Source: Spirosomataceae bacterium | Lineage (GTDB): Bacteria; Bacteroidota; Bacteroidia; Cytophagales; Spirosomataceae | Assembly (NCBI GenBank): GCA_047630355.1 | Contig: JBLHXN010000005.1 | Location: 5,269 to 69,268, forward strand | Direction: 5' to 3' | Length of the DNA: 64,000 nt | Shown here: in pieces, positions 1 through 9,189 of the stretch | Position numbering within the stretch: position 1 is the first letter of the stretch | How the letters are laid out: each line of letters starts with the position of its first letter | Notes under the pieces: generated by a model | What the model was told of the DNA's origin: nothing | Seen by the model: only the letters and a program-made list of their open reading frames with translations | Database searches by the model: none | Made by a program: the position numbers and the translations under genes

Positions 1-498
1 AAAAAATACGCAGACGCAACTGCTCGTACCGATAACGCTCCGATTATTCGTTACGCGGAAGTAGTATTAAATGCTGCTGAGGCAATTGCCCGTACTTCTA
101 CAGGTGTTGATACCCGTGCGTTGACTTTGTTGAACGCTGTACGTAACCGTGCTTTGCCGGCTGGTTCACCCGCTCGGTACACTGAATCAAGCTTCACCAC
201 AAACGCTGAGCTGATTCGTGCCATTTTGAACGAAAGACGAATTGAGTTTTTGGCGGAAGGTATCAGATGGATGGATATTCACCGTCTGGGAACTGATGCT
301 GCGTTCGGACCAAGCGGTATCCCCGCGAAAGCAAGCCGGACACTGAACTTCACGAACCTGTATACCAATAATCCAGCTACTACATTCACCATGTTAGCGG
401 CTATCCCGTACAGTAGCTTCAAGTTCATCTGGCCGTTGCCAATTGAAGAGATAAATAACAATCCAACGTTGAGAAATCAACAGAATCCTGGGTATTGA
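1..498 (+). CDS. SusD/RagB family nutrient-binding outer membrane lipoprotein, C-terminal part (5' end outside window)
   Basis: Frame 1 is open from base 1. C-terminal motif 'ERRIEFLAEGIRWMDIHRL' and tail 'IWPLPIEEINNNP' are typical of SusD-like proteins. Confidence 0.8.
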   Translation, partial: KKYADATARTDNAPIIRYAEVVLNAAEAIARTSTGVDTRALTLLNAVRNRALPAGSPARYTESSFTTNAELIRAILNERRIEFLAEGIRWMDIHRLGTDAAFGPSGIPAKASRTLNFTNLYTNNPATTFTMLAAIPYSSFKFIWPLPIEEINNNPTLRNQQNPGY

Positions 499-531
499 TT
501 TATTTAGAGTTACTTTAGGATTTTATTTCGG

Positions 532-567
532 AATGACGGATTACAAAATGTAGTCCGTCATTTTTTT
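532..567 (+). terminator. Intrinsic terminator after the SusD fragment
   Basis: Stem AATGACGGA (532-540) pairs with TCCGTCATT (554-562), followed by a T-run to 567. Confidence 0.6.
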
Positions 568-583
568 ATGCGGAATCTGTAAC

Positions 584-617
584 AAAAAAAGCCGACGATA
601 AAAACCGTCGGCTTAAT
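584..617. terminator. Second hairpin, terminator-like, A-run on the 5' side
   Basis: GCCGACG (591-597) pairs with CGTCGGC (606-612), preceded by A7. It would read as hairpin plus U-run on the minus strand. Confidence 0.4.
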
Positions 618-694
618 TAAATCCTCTTTATCGCTGTATAACAATGTGTCGTGCCGATGGCACTTTATTTTGTGTTGAACTAATTCTACAATTT

Positions 695-1145
695 ATGCTC
701 ACCATCCTTCGTACTGATTCCCAAAACTCTGACTTTAAAACGATCGTAAAACCTCTTGACAAGGGTTTGGGAATTACTGACGGCGATGATTACGATTTCT
801 ACAATCAATTCAATAAGATTGAAAACATTAAATACGTAGTGATTATTTACGATGAAAAGTAGCGGTAGGTTGCGGAGCAATAAAAAGATTTGACGAAAAA
901 AAGCAGAAGTAAAACGAATGTACGTTGCTGAAAGTCAGCGGGGAAGGGGAGTTGCCTCAATGATTTTAAGGGAATTAGAATTATGGACGGTCGAGCTACG
1001 CTTTGAAACCTGCATTTTAGAAACAGGTACAAGATAGGTTGAAGCGTTAAAACTTTATTCTAAAAATAGTTATAAGGTTATAGATAACTACGGGCAGTAC
1101 GCCGGAATAGAAAACAGCACTTGTTTCGGAAAATCGCTCGTTTAG
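695..1145 (+). pseudogene. GNAT family N-acetyltransferase, inactivated (2 frameshifts plus 1 nonsense codon)
   Basis: Collinear GNAT-like segments lie in three frames. Segment 695-859 reads '..YNQFNKIENIKYVVIIYDEK'. Segment 862-~900 reads 'AVGCGAIKRFDEKK'. Segment 903-1145 reads 'AEVKRMYVAESQRGRGVASMILRELE..CILETGTR*VEALKLYSKNSYKVIDNYGQY'. The shifts are near 860 and in the A7 run at 896-902. An in-frame TAG sits at 1035-1037 where GNATs usually have Gln. Confidence 0.65.
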
Positions 1146-1909
1146 AGAATGTATTTACGAATACCAATTAAGCCAAAAAGTAGAATGCTGTACCAGATGA
1201 AAAACGGAATTATATAATTTATCAAACCAGCCGGGAGCATCACTGCAATGATGAGTAACTGAAAACCTAAGCCATAAAGTGACACGAGCGACATAAACCA
1301 ACTCGGAAAGGTTTTAGCTTTGTAGGCATCTTTATCCATGAAGTGGATGGTTTTGTCAAAAACGACGTAGCAAAAAGTGTACGCCTTAAATAAAATATTT
1401 ACCGCCCGTTGACTTTCCCCGTGTAACGCTCGTGGCGTTTTGTACTCAAATACCTTACTGGTGTTATCTCCGTCAATAGATTTGTTTCGTAAAATTACGT
1501 AGTAGTAATTATACAACGTACCTTGGAGTTGCACTGCAATGAAAGCAAGAATAATCATGTAAATAGGGGACTTAGTAACGTAGCCTATCGTACCTATAAT
1601 CAGTAAGTTAATGAAAATATCGAAGACGCTGTCTAAATAGCGACCTGTGTAAGATGGAGTCTTTTTTACACGAGCCAATTCACCGTCGGCGGCGTCAATA
1701 ATTGACTTAATAATTATGAAAATAGCAGCTGATATATAGTGATCGGCGAAAATGCAATACGCCGCAATAATACCGCAGATACCAAATAGTAAAGTAACGT
1801 GGACTGGAGTGAAGCGGGTGTTTTTGAGCGAACTGGCGAAAAGCGTTCCGGGCGTTCTACCGTAATCTGATAAATCAAAAAACTTATCTTTAGCGGCTAA
1901 CTTTGCCAT
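1142..1909 (-). CDS. CDP-alcohol phosphatidyltransferase family membrane protein
   Basis: Motif 'DAADGELARVKKTPSYTGRYLDSVFDIFIN' fits D-G-x2-A-R-x8-G-x3-D-x3-D. Multiple hydrophobic helices. ATG at 1909 preferred over TTG at 1948. Confidence 0.8.
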   Translation of the reverse strand: MAKLAAKDKFFDLSDYGRTPGTLFASSLKNTRFTPVHVTLLFGICGIIAAYCIFADHYISAAIFIIIKSIIDAADGELARVKKTPSYTGRYLDSVFDIFINLLIIGTIGYVTKSPIYMIILAFIAVQLQGTLYNYYYVILRNKSIDGDNTSKVFEYKTPRALHGESQRAVNILFKAYTFCYVVFDKTIHFMDKDAYKAKTFPSWFMSLVSLYGLGFQLLIIAVMLPAGLINYIIPFFIWYSILLFGLIGIRKYIL

Positions 1910-2045
1910 AAAATAGAAGGAAAATCTGACAATATAGTCGTGGCACAAAAGTACTGATTTCTTTATATTAGTCCATCACTTTTTAAATTAATGTTACTCT
2001 ACGTTCAACTAAAAGTTAATTCTAACTATTCAACTCTATAAATTT

Positions 2046-3176
2046 ATGAAAAACTTCCATTTCAAATCATTACTGGTTTGCTTTCTTTTTGTATTTCTTA
2101 CTCACGTTTCATTTGCCGTGAATAAATCAACTACTGATAAACCGTTGCGGGTTGGCGTTGCGGGATTGATTCACGCCCATGTTCACTGGATTTTAGGTTA
2201 TGAAGGAAGCGACATCGAAATTGTGGGAATTGCTGAACCAAACCGAGATCTCGCCGAACGGTTGTGTAAACAATATAATATTCCACTTGACTTAGTCTTT
2301 GATTCGGTGGAGGAAATGCTGGCGGTTACCAAGCCAGAAGCTGTTTCGGGCTTCAATACTACCTTTGACCACCTGAAATTAGTGCAGACTTGTGCTCCGA
2401 AAGGCATTCACGTTATGGTAGAAAAACCTTTGGCGGTAAATAACGACCATGCCCAACAGATGATTGCTTTGGCGAAAAAGTATGACATTCAGTTACTTAC
2501 TAATTACGAAACATCGTGGTACGGCAGTAGTGCAAAGGCCTATGAATTAATTAAAGAAGAGGATAAAATTGGGGACATTCGGCGAGTAGTTTTTCATACA
2601 GGTCATCCTGGTCCAATTGAAATTGGTTGTAATGTCGAATTTCTTGATTGGTTAACCGATCCGGTATTAAACGGAGGTGGTGCTTTGATGGATTTCGGGT
2701 GCTACGGGGCAAATCTCGCTACATGGTTTATGGGAGGGGAGAAGCCTTTGACGGTAAGTTGCGTTACGCAACAGATAAAACCTGAAAAATACCCCAAGGT
2801 GGAAGATGAAGCTACCATAATTCTAACTTACCCAAAAACGCAGGTGATTGTTCAGGCTTCGTGGAATTGGTCGCACAACGTAAAGTCAATGCAGGTTTAC
2901 GGAAAAACTGGATACGTCATCTGCGAAAACGGGACGGATATGAAAATTCTCGAAAACGAAAAGGTGGGGAGCTATCCTATGAAAGTGAATCCGCTCGGTG
3001 CTGGATTTGATAATCCATTTTCTATGCTGCACAACGTTATTCGGAACGGATATAACTTTCCCGCGTTTGATCCGAGCAGTACTGAAAACAACGAAATCGT
3101 TGTTCAGATTTTAGATGCAGCAAAGCACGCCGCCGAAACCGGGCAAACAGTTATCTGGAAAGAATATTATAAATAA
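2046..3176 (+). CDS. Gfo/Idh/MocA family oxidoreductase with N-terminal signal peptide
   Basis: 'LRVGVAGLIHAHVHW' Rossmann-like start and the 'HVMVEKPLA' EKP motif. Hydrophobic leader 'LLVCFLFVFLTHVSFA'. Confidence 0.8.
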   Translation: MKNFHFKSLLVCFLFVFLTHVSFAVNKSTTDKPLRVGVAGLIHAHVHWILGYEGSDIEIVGIAEPNRDLAERLCKQYNIPLDLVFDSVEEMLAVTKPEAVSGFNTTFDHLKLVQTCAPKGIHVMVEKPLAVNNDHAQQMIALAKKYDIQLLTNYETSWYGSSAKAYELIKEEDKIGDIRRVVFHTGHPGPIEIGCNVEFLDWLTDPVLNGGGALMDFGCYGANLATWFMGGEKPLTVSCVTQQIKPEKYPKVEDEATIILTYPKTQVIVQASWNWSHNVKSMQVYGKTGYVICENGTDMKILENEKVGSYPMKVNPLGAGFDNPFSMLHNVIRNGYNFPAFDPSSTENNEIVVQILDAAKHAAETGQTVIWKEYYK

Positions 3177-3246
3177 TTTTTAGACGGTTGCTTTCTGAGT
3201 ACATTGTGAGGAATACAGACACAATTATACCTCTAAAACCAACATC

Positions 3247-3627
3247 ATGTTAAACAAAGTTTTTAAAGTACTCGGATTCATTTTTGCCCTTTTTATCGTC
3301 TATGGTGGTGTTCAGCACTTTTTGGAAGCTGAATTTTACTCGCCTTTTGTTCCGAGTGTTTTTCCTTTCGCAATGCCCATAATTTACTTGTCCGGAATCC
3401 TCGAAGTTGTTTTTGGCGTTGCGTATTTTATTCCCAAATATCGGTTAATCGGAGCTTGGGGAATTTTTATTCTAATGGTTGTTTTCCTGCCTATCCATTT
3501 GGCAGATGTATTTATTGATGCTCCCGCAATTGGCAGTAAAACTGCGGCCTACGTGCGTTTGCCTGTGCAGTTTTTATTCATTGTCTTATCTTGGAAAATG
3601 GTTGACATGGCAAAAAAGAGCCAATAA
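3247..3627 (+). CDS. Small DoxX-like integral membrane protein
   Basis: 126 aa with four hydrophobic segments. The overall pattern resembles the DoxX/MauE-type family. No catalytic motif seen. Confidence 0.5.
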   Translation: MLNKVFKVLGFIFALFIVYGGVQHFLEAEFYSPFVPSVFPFAMPIIYLSGILEVVFGVAYFIPKYRLIGAWGIFILMVVFLPIHLADVFIDAPAIGSKTAAYVRLPVQFLFIVLSWKMVDMAKKSQ

Positions 3628-3632
3628 GAAAT

Positions 3633-3665
3633 AAAAAAGCCGCTCTGCATTTGCAGAGCGGCTTC
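3633..3665 (-). terminator. Intrinsic terminator for the OmpA-family gene (also closes the convergent DoxX-like gene)
   Basis: GCCGCTCTGCA (3639-3649) pairs with TGCAGAGCGGC (3652-3662). The A6 at 3633-3638 is the U-run on the minus strand. Confidence 0.6.
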
Positions 3666-3686
3666 ATAATATAAGATAATTCGTAA

Positions 3687-4601
3687 TTACTTCTTAGCCA
3701 TATCAGGATTCAATAGATTGTAGAACTGATCAAGTTTCGGCATTAAGATAATGCGTGTTCTGCGGTTCATTGATTTGTTCTGTGCCGATGTGTTTGGCAT
3801 CATGGCGTTGTATTCTCCACGTCCTGCGGCGATCAAGCGGTTCGGGTTGATTCCGAATTGCTCTTGTAACGCACGTACTACTGAAGTTGAACGCTTAACA
3901 CTTAAGTCCCAGTTATCCTGAAACATAGAAGTTTTGATTGGCGTATTGTCAGTATAACCTTCTACCATAACCTCTAAATCTGGGCGGGAGTTGATTACTT
4001 TAGCAATTTTCCCTAAAACCTCATTCGCTCTTGATGTAAGAGAGTAGCTTCCAGAGTTGTATAACATGGCGTCAGATAAGTTAATCATTACAACGGTTTT
4101 GTCAACTTTGATGTCGATGTCCATGTCGTTCAAATCCATTCCAATGCTTTGCTTCAGGTTTACGGCAAGAGCAAGATTGATTGAATCTGTCTTTGTGCGT
4201 GCAGCTCTTAGCAAGTTGATGTAACGGTCTTTCTCCGCCATTTGGCTCAACGTCTTGTCAATGTTGTCATTAGCAATCTTTGAAAGTACTGTCAAATCAC
4301 CAACTTGAGTCATTTGCTGATCACGGGCTTTCTGTAGGTCACCTACTTGAGCACGTAAGTCCATCATCTGATCGTCTTTGACCTTGATAGAACTTTTCAT
4401 CTCGTTCTGAGACATCGCTAACTGCGACTTCAGACGATCGTTTTGATCATTTGATACTGATAAATCATCACTACACTTCATCAGTGACTCATCTACGTTT
4501 TTCCATTTGCTTTCCATGTCCGCAAATTTTTTCTTAGTTACGCAAGAAGAAAATGTGGCAGTGACGATGGCACCTATTAAAATTAATTTTGTTGTTTTCA
4601 T
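3687..4601 (-). CDS. OmpA family lipoprotein with coiled-coil N-terminal half
   Basis: Lipobox 'TFSSC'. Gln/Asp/Lys-rich heptad-like region. C-terminal OmpA_C motif 'VEGYTDNTP..NWDLSVKRSTSVVRAL..GRGEYNAMMPNTSAQNKSMNRRTRI'. Confidence 0.85.
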   Translation of the reverse strand: MKTTKLILIGAIVTATFSSCVTKKKFADMESKWKNVDESLMKCSDDLSVSNDQNDRLKSQLAMSQNEMKSSIKVKDDQMMDLRAQVGDLQKARDQQMTQVGDLTVLSKIANDNIDKTLSQMAEKDRYINLLRAARTKTDSINLALAVNLKQSIGMDLNDMDIDIKVDKTVVMINLSDAMLYNSGSYSLTSRANEVLGKIAKVINSRPDLEVMVEGYTDNTPIKTSMFQDNWDLSVKRSTSVVRALQEQFGINPNRLIAAGRGEYNAMMPNTSAQNKSMNRRTRIILMPKLDQFYNLLNPDMAKK

Positions 4602-4851
4602 TGTGTTATTTATTTCGAGAATTAAGATTGATTAATTTCTAATTTGGTGCAAAAAAGTATACCGCTCTTTAAAATGTCTTAATTGAGCCTTAAATTTCGC
4701 TTAACGATGCAAATCTATTCTATTTTTTGTACTTCCAAAGGTTTAAAACCCAAAAATAATCGGAAAGGTCAAAAGGGTTAGAATTGTTGTGGTAAACATA
4801 TTACTAATAATAAGTGAACGGTACATTTGTAAGCACAATTAGCAAATTTGA

Positions 4852-4878
4852 TTACTTTCAATGTAGTATTGAAAGTAA
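4852..4878. repeat. Perfect 11-bp AT-rich inverted repeat just 3' of the response-regulator pseudogene
   Basis: TTACTTTCAAT (4852-4862), loop GTAGT, then ATTGAAAGTAA (4868-4878). No clear U-run on either strand. Confidence 0.35.
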
Positions 4879-4906
4879 GAGACTGTTTAAATTTCTTCTT
4901 TTAAAT

Positions 4907-5569
4907 TTACAGTGCCAAATTTATGACTAGTCCATCATTGTCAAAATCCTCCTTCTTCCGGAGAAAATTGATGTAAACCTCAATCGTACTGTAGTTTGTT
5001 TCGATGTGGTAGTCCCATAATTCGTCCGCAATTTGCTGTTTGGAAAGTACCCGACCTTTAGCATTTGCCAAAATATTGAGCAACTTAAACTCTTTAGGAG
5101 TCAAAGTAACTTCAATTCCTGAACGCTCTACTTTCTTTTCGTCCGGAGAGGTTTTTAAGTCAGCTATTTCCGTAAAATTTGTTACAAGTTGCGGCGTTTC
5201 TTTCCTACGGTACAACGCCTGAATGCGGGCGAGTAACTCGGTAAGGTGAAAGGGCTTTACGAGGTAATCATCCGCCCCAAAATCAAAAGCTTCTACCTTA
5301 TCTTCCACTTCGCCAAACGCCGTTAGCATCAATATAGGCGTAGTTTTATCAGTTTTCCGTATTATGCGGCAAACCTCCGGCCCATTAATTTTGGGAATAT
5401 TTACGTCAAGTAAATAGACTTCATAAGTGTGGTCGCGAATTTGCTTGAAAAATAATTCGCCGTCAAAAATAGTATCGCACTCTACTCGTTTCCCGCGTAA
5501 AAATGATTCTATTTCGGAGGAAAGGGGTGGGTCGTCTTAAAGCAGGAGTGTTTTTAGCGTGGGAACAAT
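4907..5569 (-). pseudogene. OmpR-family response regulator, orphan, with premature TAA and no usable start codon
   Basis: Receiver plus winged-helix sequence is otherwise intact: 'VYLLDVNIP', 'ILMLTAFGE', 'DDYLVKPF', 'LTPKEFKLL..'. The minus-strand reading 'LKTLLL*DDPPL' puts TAA (plus 5537-5539) where the conserved Glu of the (I/L)LxVEDD pocket belongs. No ATG/GTG/TTG lies between the upstream stop (5573-5575) and that TAA. The C-terminal 'LRKKEDFDNDGLVINLAL*' lacks the usual G-x-G-Y tail, so a 3' frameshift is also possible. Confidence 0.7.
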
Positions 5570-5690
5570 TTTTTAACCACGAATTTTAGCGTAAAATTAG
5601 CTTTTATCGATTAATATTTGAGCATTTAATTCAATCTGCTGTATCTTCCGTTTTGGTTAAACTTTTTTCTAAAATCTCAGTTTTGTAAAC

Positions 5691-6842
5691 ATGCCTGCTA
5701 CCATTTACGAGCGTTTTGTTACCACCCGCCAAGCCACGGAAACTATTTGTAAACCACTCACTGTTGAAGACTATTCGGTACAGCCTAACGCTGATGTATC
5801 GCCGCCTAAGTGGCATTTAGCTCACAGTACGTGGTTTTTCGAGCAATTTGTGTTGCGGGACTTTGATTCAACGTATAGAGTTTACAGCGAAGACTTTGCT
5901 TACCTCTTTAACAGTTACTACAATAACGCCGGAGAACGGGTGCTTCGTCCGAACCGTGGTTTAATGACCCGCCCGACGGTGGAAGAGGTCTATAATTACC
6001 GTAAATACGTCACAGAATCGGTTGAAAAATTGATGAGTGAAAATACCTCTAAAGAATTACTGGAATTAATCGAAGTCGGTATTAATCACGAGCAACAACA
6101 TCAGGAATTACTCACTTACGATATCAAGTATATTCTCGGAAATCAGCCTACTTTTCCGGTTTATGACGGTATTTTTACACAGGAAAAAGAAGAGCAAACC
6201 GAAGGTTGGATTGATATTCAGGAAGGAGTATATACCATTGGTCATCAGGGAAGTGGCTTCTGCTTTGACAATGAATTAGGCGTTCATAAAGTATATCTTC
6301 ACGAGGCTCAGGTTTCATCTAAACTCGTTACAAACGGCGAGTATATTGAGTTTATAGAAGCTGGTGGTTACGAAGACTTCAACCTTTGGCACGCCGAGGG
6401 TTGGGATTTCGTCAAAAAAAATGAATTAAAAGCCCCACTATATTGGCACAACGTAAACGGCGAATGGCATTATTATGACTTTGACGGTTTGTCAAAAATT
6501 GACTTCGAACTGCCCGTAATGCACGTAAGTTATTACGAAGCTTTTGCTTTCGCCGAATGGAAAAAAATGCGATTGCCCACCGAATTTGAATGGGAAATTA
6601 TTGCTGATAAATTGAACTGGGGACAAGTTTGGGAATGGACAGGTTCGGCGTACTTACCTTACCCAAATTTTACGAAAGCACCTGGAGCATTGGGCGAATA
6701 CAACGGAAAATTCATGGTCAGTTTGCATGTACTTCGCGGAGCCTCCATCGGAACCGCGGAAGGGCACAGTCGGAAAACTTACCGTAATTTTTTTCACCCA
6801 AGTAGCCGCTGGCAATTTGCTGGAATTCGACTGGTAAAATAA
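5691..6842 (+). CDS. egtB: EgtB-like sulfoxide synthase (DinB_2 plus FGE-sulfatase fold), ergothioneine-type biosynthesis
   Basis: N-terminal 'WHLAHSTWFFEQFVL' and 'INHEQQHQELL' are DinB-type His ligand candidates. C-terminal 'GQVWEWTGSAYLPYPNF' and 'RGASIGT' are FGE-like. Located immediately upstream of an EgtD-like gene. Confidence 0.75.
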   Translation: MPATIYERFVTTRQATETICKPLTVEDYSVQPNADVSPPKWHLAHSTWFFEQFVLRDFDSTYRVYSEDFAYLFNSYYNNAGERVLRPNRGLMTRPTVEEVYNYRKYVTESVEKLMSENTSKELLELIEVGINHEQQHQELLTYDIKYILGNQPTFPVYDGIFTQEKEEQTEGWIDIQEGVYTIGHQGSGFCFDNELGVHKVYLHEAQVSSKLVTNGEYIEFIEAGGYEDFNLWHAEGWDFVKKNELKAPLYWHNVNGEWHYYDFDGLSKIDFELPVMHVSYYEAFAFAEWKKMRLPTEFEWEIIADKLNWGQVWEWTGSAYLPYPNFTKAPGALGEYNGKFMVSLHVLRGASIGTAEGHSRKTYRNFFHPSSRWQFAGIRLVK

Positions 6843-6864
6843 AATTAAAACTACACACACTTTT

Positions 6865-7791
6865 ATGAACAATGCTTTTCTGAAAGACATGCTCAAAGGT
6901 CTTTCATCTACCCCAAAAACTTTAAGTTCCCGGTACTTCTACGATGCCATCGGCGACGGAATATTTCAGGAAATAATGCAAATGAAAGAGTATTACCTTC
7001 CGGCTTGTGAATTAGAAATTATCCAGAAAAAAACGAAAAATATCGCCGCCGAAATTTCGGCTGAAAAAATTGACGTAATCGAACTCGGGGCGGGTGATGG
7101 AACCAAGACGGTTTACTTCTTAAAAGGACTAATAGATGCCGGGAAAGAAATAACGTACATTCCGCTGGATATTTCTGCTAATGTGTTGGAAATCAACAGA
7201 GAGCATATTTCTGCACGCTTGCCCGATTTAATAATAGAATCAATTGCGGGAGATTATTTTGAGACAATGAAGTCTTTGAAAGAACGAAACAATCCGAAAA
7301 TTGTACTTTTTATGGGTTCAAATATCGGTAACTTTAAAGACGAAAGTGCTGTCGATTTTCTAAAACTTGTGAAGTCGTATATGACCGTTGGAGATACGCT
7401 GTTAGTTGGAGCTGATTTGAAGAAAAATCCTAAAACTATTCTGGCGGCTTACAATGATAAATCAGGAATTACGAAGCGATTTAATCTAAACCTTTTAGCT
7501 CGGATGAATCGTGAGTTAGGAGCAGATTTTACCGTCGCTGATTTTGATCACTACGCATTTTATGATCCCGCTTCGGGAACTTCATTCAGCTACATTGTTT
7601 CACTCGAAAATCAAACCGTAAATATCGCGGATGAAACAATCAGTTTTTCTAAAAACGAGTGCATTCATACGGAAGTCTCGCAGAAGTATAGTTTAGAAGA
7701 TTTGGAAAGAATTAGTAGTAAAGCAGGCTTTGCTAAATTCACGCCATTTCTCGATTCAAAAGAATGGTTTTGTCTGGGCTTAATGGCGTAA
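6865..7791 (+). CDS. egtD: L-histidine N(alpha)-methyltransferase (EgtD family)
   Basis: 'RYFYDAIGDGIFQEIMQMKEYYLPACELEI', 'ELGAGDGTKT', 'FMGSNIGNF' and 'HTEVSQKY' are collinear with mycobacterial EgtD motifs as I recall them. Confidence 0.8.
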   Translation: MNNAFLKDMLKGLSSTPKTLSSRYFYDAIGDGIFQEIMQMKEYYLPACELEIIQKKTKNIAAEISAEKIDVIELGAGDGTKTVYFLKGLIDAGKEITYIPLDISANVLEINREHISARLPDLIIESIAGDYFETMKSLKERNNPKIVLFMGSNIGNFKDESAVDFLKLVKSYMTVGDTLLVGADLKKNPKTILAAYNDKSGITKRFNLNLLARMNRELGADFTVADFDHYAFYDPASGTSFSYIVSLENQTVNIADETISFSKNECIHTEVSQKYSLEDLERISSKAGFAKFTPFLDSKEWFCLGLMA

Positions 7792-7864
7792 GCGTTGCAC
7801 TAATTTAAGAGTTTATTGAATTAATCTGTTTAACTTACGGATATAATTCAACGAACTCGTATTA

Positions 7865-9172
7865 ATGAAAAAAATAAACCTTATCCTTTACGTATGCTTA
7901 CTCAGTATATGTACACTCTCTCTGTTAAAAGCTCAAACTACTGAAAACCAATTTATTTACGGTGATGCTTTGCCCGATGCTCCCGAACTCGCCGCCCGTG
8001 GTGATTACAAAGTAGGTGTACGGACGGTCAAGTTCACAAATAAAAATCAACCTGATATTTTAAACGCTTCAAAAGGCGTGGCTCCGTTATATGACCGAGA
8101 ATTAACCGTGGAAATCTGGTATCCAGCAGTGTTAAAAGACGGAGAAAAAGCACTTACCAATTACGATGAACTTATGGGGACGGCAAACGATCCAAAACGT
8201 CCGACCATTCCGTTTACTTTTCCCGGACGTGCCAAACGAGATGCAGCTCCTGTCACTGTTAACGCTACCAACGATAAATTCCCGCTGGTAATTGTGTCGC
8301 ACGGTTACGTGGGATCACGTTATTTAATGACTTACTTAACTGAGAATCTTGCTTCAAAAGGCTATATTGTTGCCGCGATTGATCACACAGAGTCAACTTT
8401 TAGAGATGCCGGAGGATTTACGAGTACATTATTGAATCGCTCGAAAGATATTTCGTTTGTTATAAACGAAATGACAAATTTAGGTAAGAATGACATGAGT
8501 TTGAAAGGAAAAATGGATTCGGAGAATATTGCCATTATTGGCTATTCAATGGGTGGTTACGGGGTTCTGAACGTAGCAGGAGCCGGGTACACCGAAGCTT
8601 TTGACAAAGGATTTGGACAATTTACGGGTGGTAGTAAATTGCTCAGCCCGTTGGTTTACGGAAGCCCCGATTACAGCGGAGAAGTAGATTCACGGATAAA
8701 AGCCGTCGTAGCGTTTGCCCCGTGGGGAATGGAGCGGGCGGCGTGGGATTCTACGAGCCTGAAAGGCCTGAAAGTACCAACGTTTTTTATTGTTGGAAGC
8801 CAGGATGATATTTCGGGTTACGAGAAAGGAGTAAAGGCAATTTACGAAGGAGCCGTTAATACTGAACGCTATTTGCTAACTTATGAAAATGCCCGCCACA
8901 ACGTAGCTCCAAATCCGCCGCCTGCTGAATCATTGCAGCTCGGTTTACCTTTTGATGAATATTACCGCTACGCAGAACCGTCCTGGGATCAACGCCGGAT
9001 GAACAATATTAATCAGCACTTTGTAACAGCTTTTGTAGGAATGCACCTGAAGAAAAAAGACTTTGGTAAGTACCTCGATGTACAATCTGATTCTAACGAA
9101 AAAACGTGGATGGGTTTCAAAGCTCGTTCTTCCACGGGGCTTGAATTATTGCACGAAAAAGCATCTGAGTAA
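7865..9172 (+). CDS. Exported alpha/beta hydrolase (dienelactone hydrolase / PAF-acetylhydrolase-like)
   Basis: Signal peptide 'LSICTLSLLKAQT', nucleophile elbow 'GYSMGG', and a late 'ARHNV' His candidate. Confidence 0.6.
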   Translation: MKKINLILYVCLLSICTLSLLKAQTTENQFIYGDALPDAPELAARGDYKVGVRTVKFTNKNQPDILNASKGVAPLYDRELTVEIWYPAVLKDGEKALTNYDELMGTANDPKRPTIPFTFPGRAKRDAAPVTVNATNDKFPLVIVSHGYVGSRYLMTYLTENLASKGYIVAAIDHTESTFRDAGGFTSTLLNRSKDISFVINEMTNLGKNDMSLKGKMDSENIAIIGYSMGGYGVLNVAGAGYTEAFDKGFGQFTGGSKLLSPLVYGSPDYSGEVDSRIKAVVAFAPWGMERAAWDSTSLKGLKVPTFFIVGSQDDISGYEKGVKAIYEGAVNTERYLLTYENARHNVAPNPPPAESLQLGLPFDEYYRYAEPSWDQRRMNNINQHFVTAFVGMHLKKKDFGKYLDVQSDSNEKTWMGFKARSSTGLELLHEKASE

Positions 9173-9189
9173 TAGTGAAAACCGGAGAA

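Noticed and set aside
847-1032. A 61-aa minus-strand ORF, and the 64-aa ORF at 686-880.
   Set aside because: They lie antisense to the GNAT pseudogene segments. The plus-strand frames carry clear GNAT motifs and these do not.
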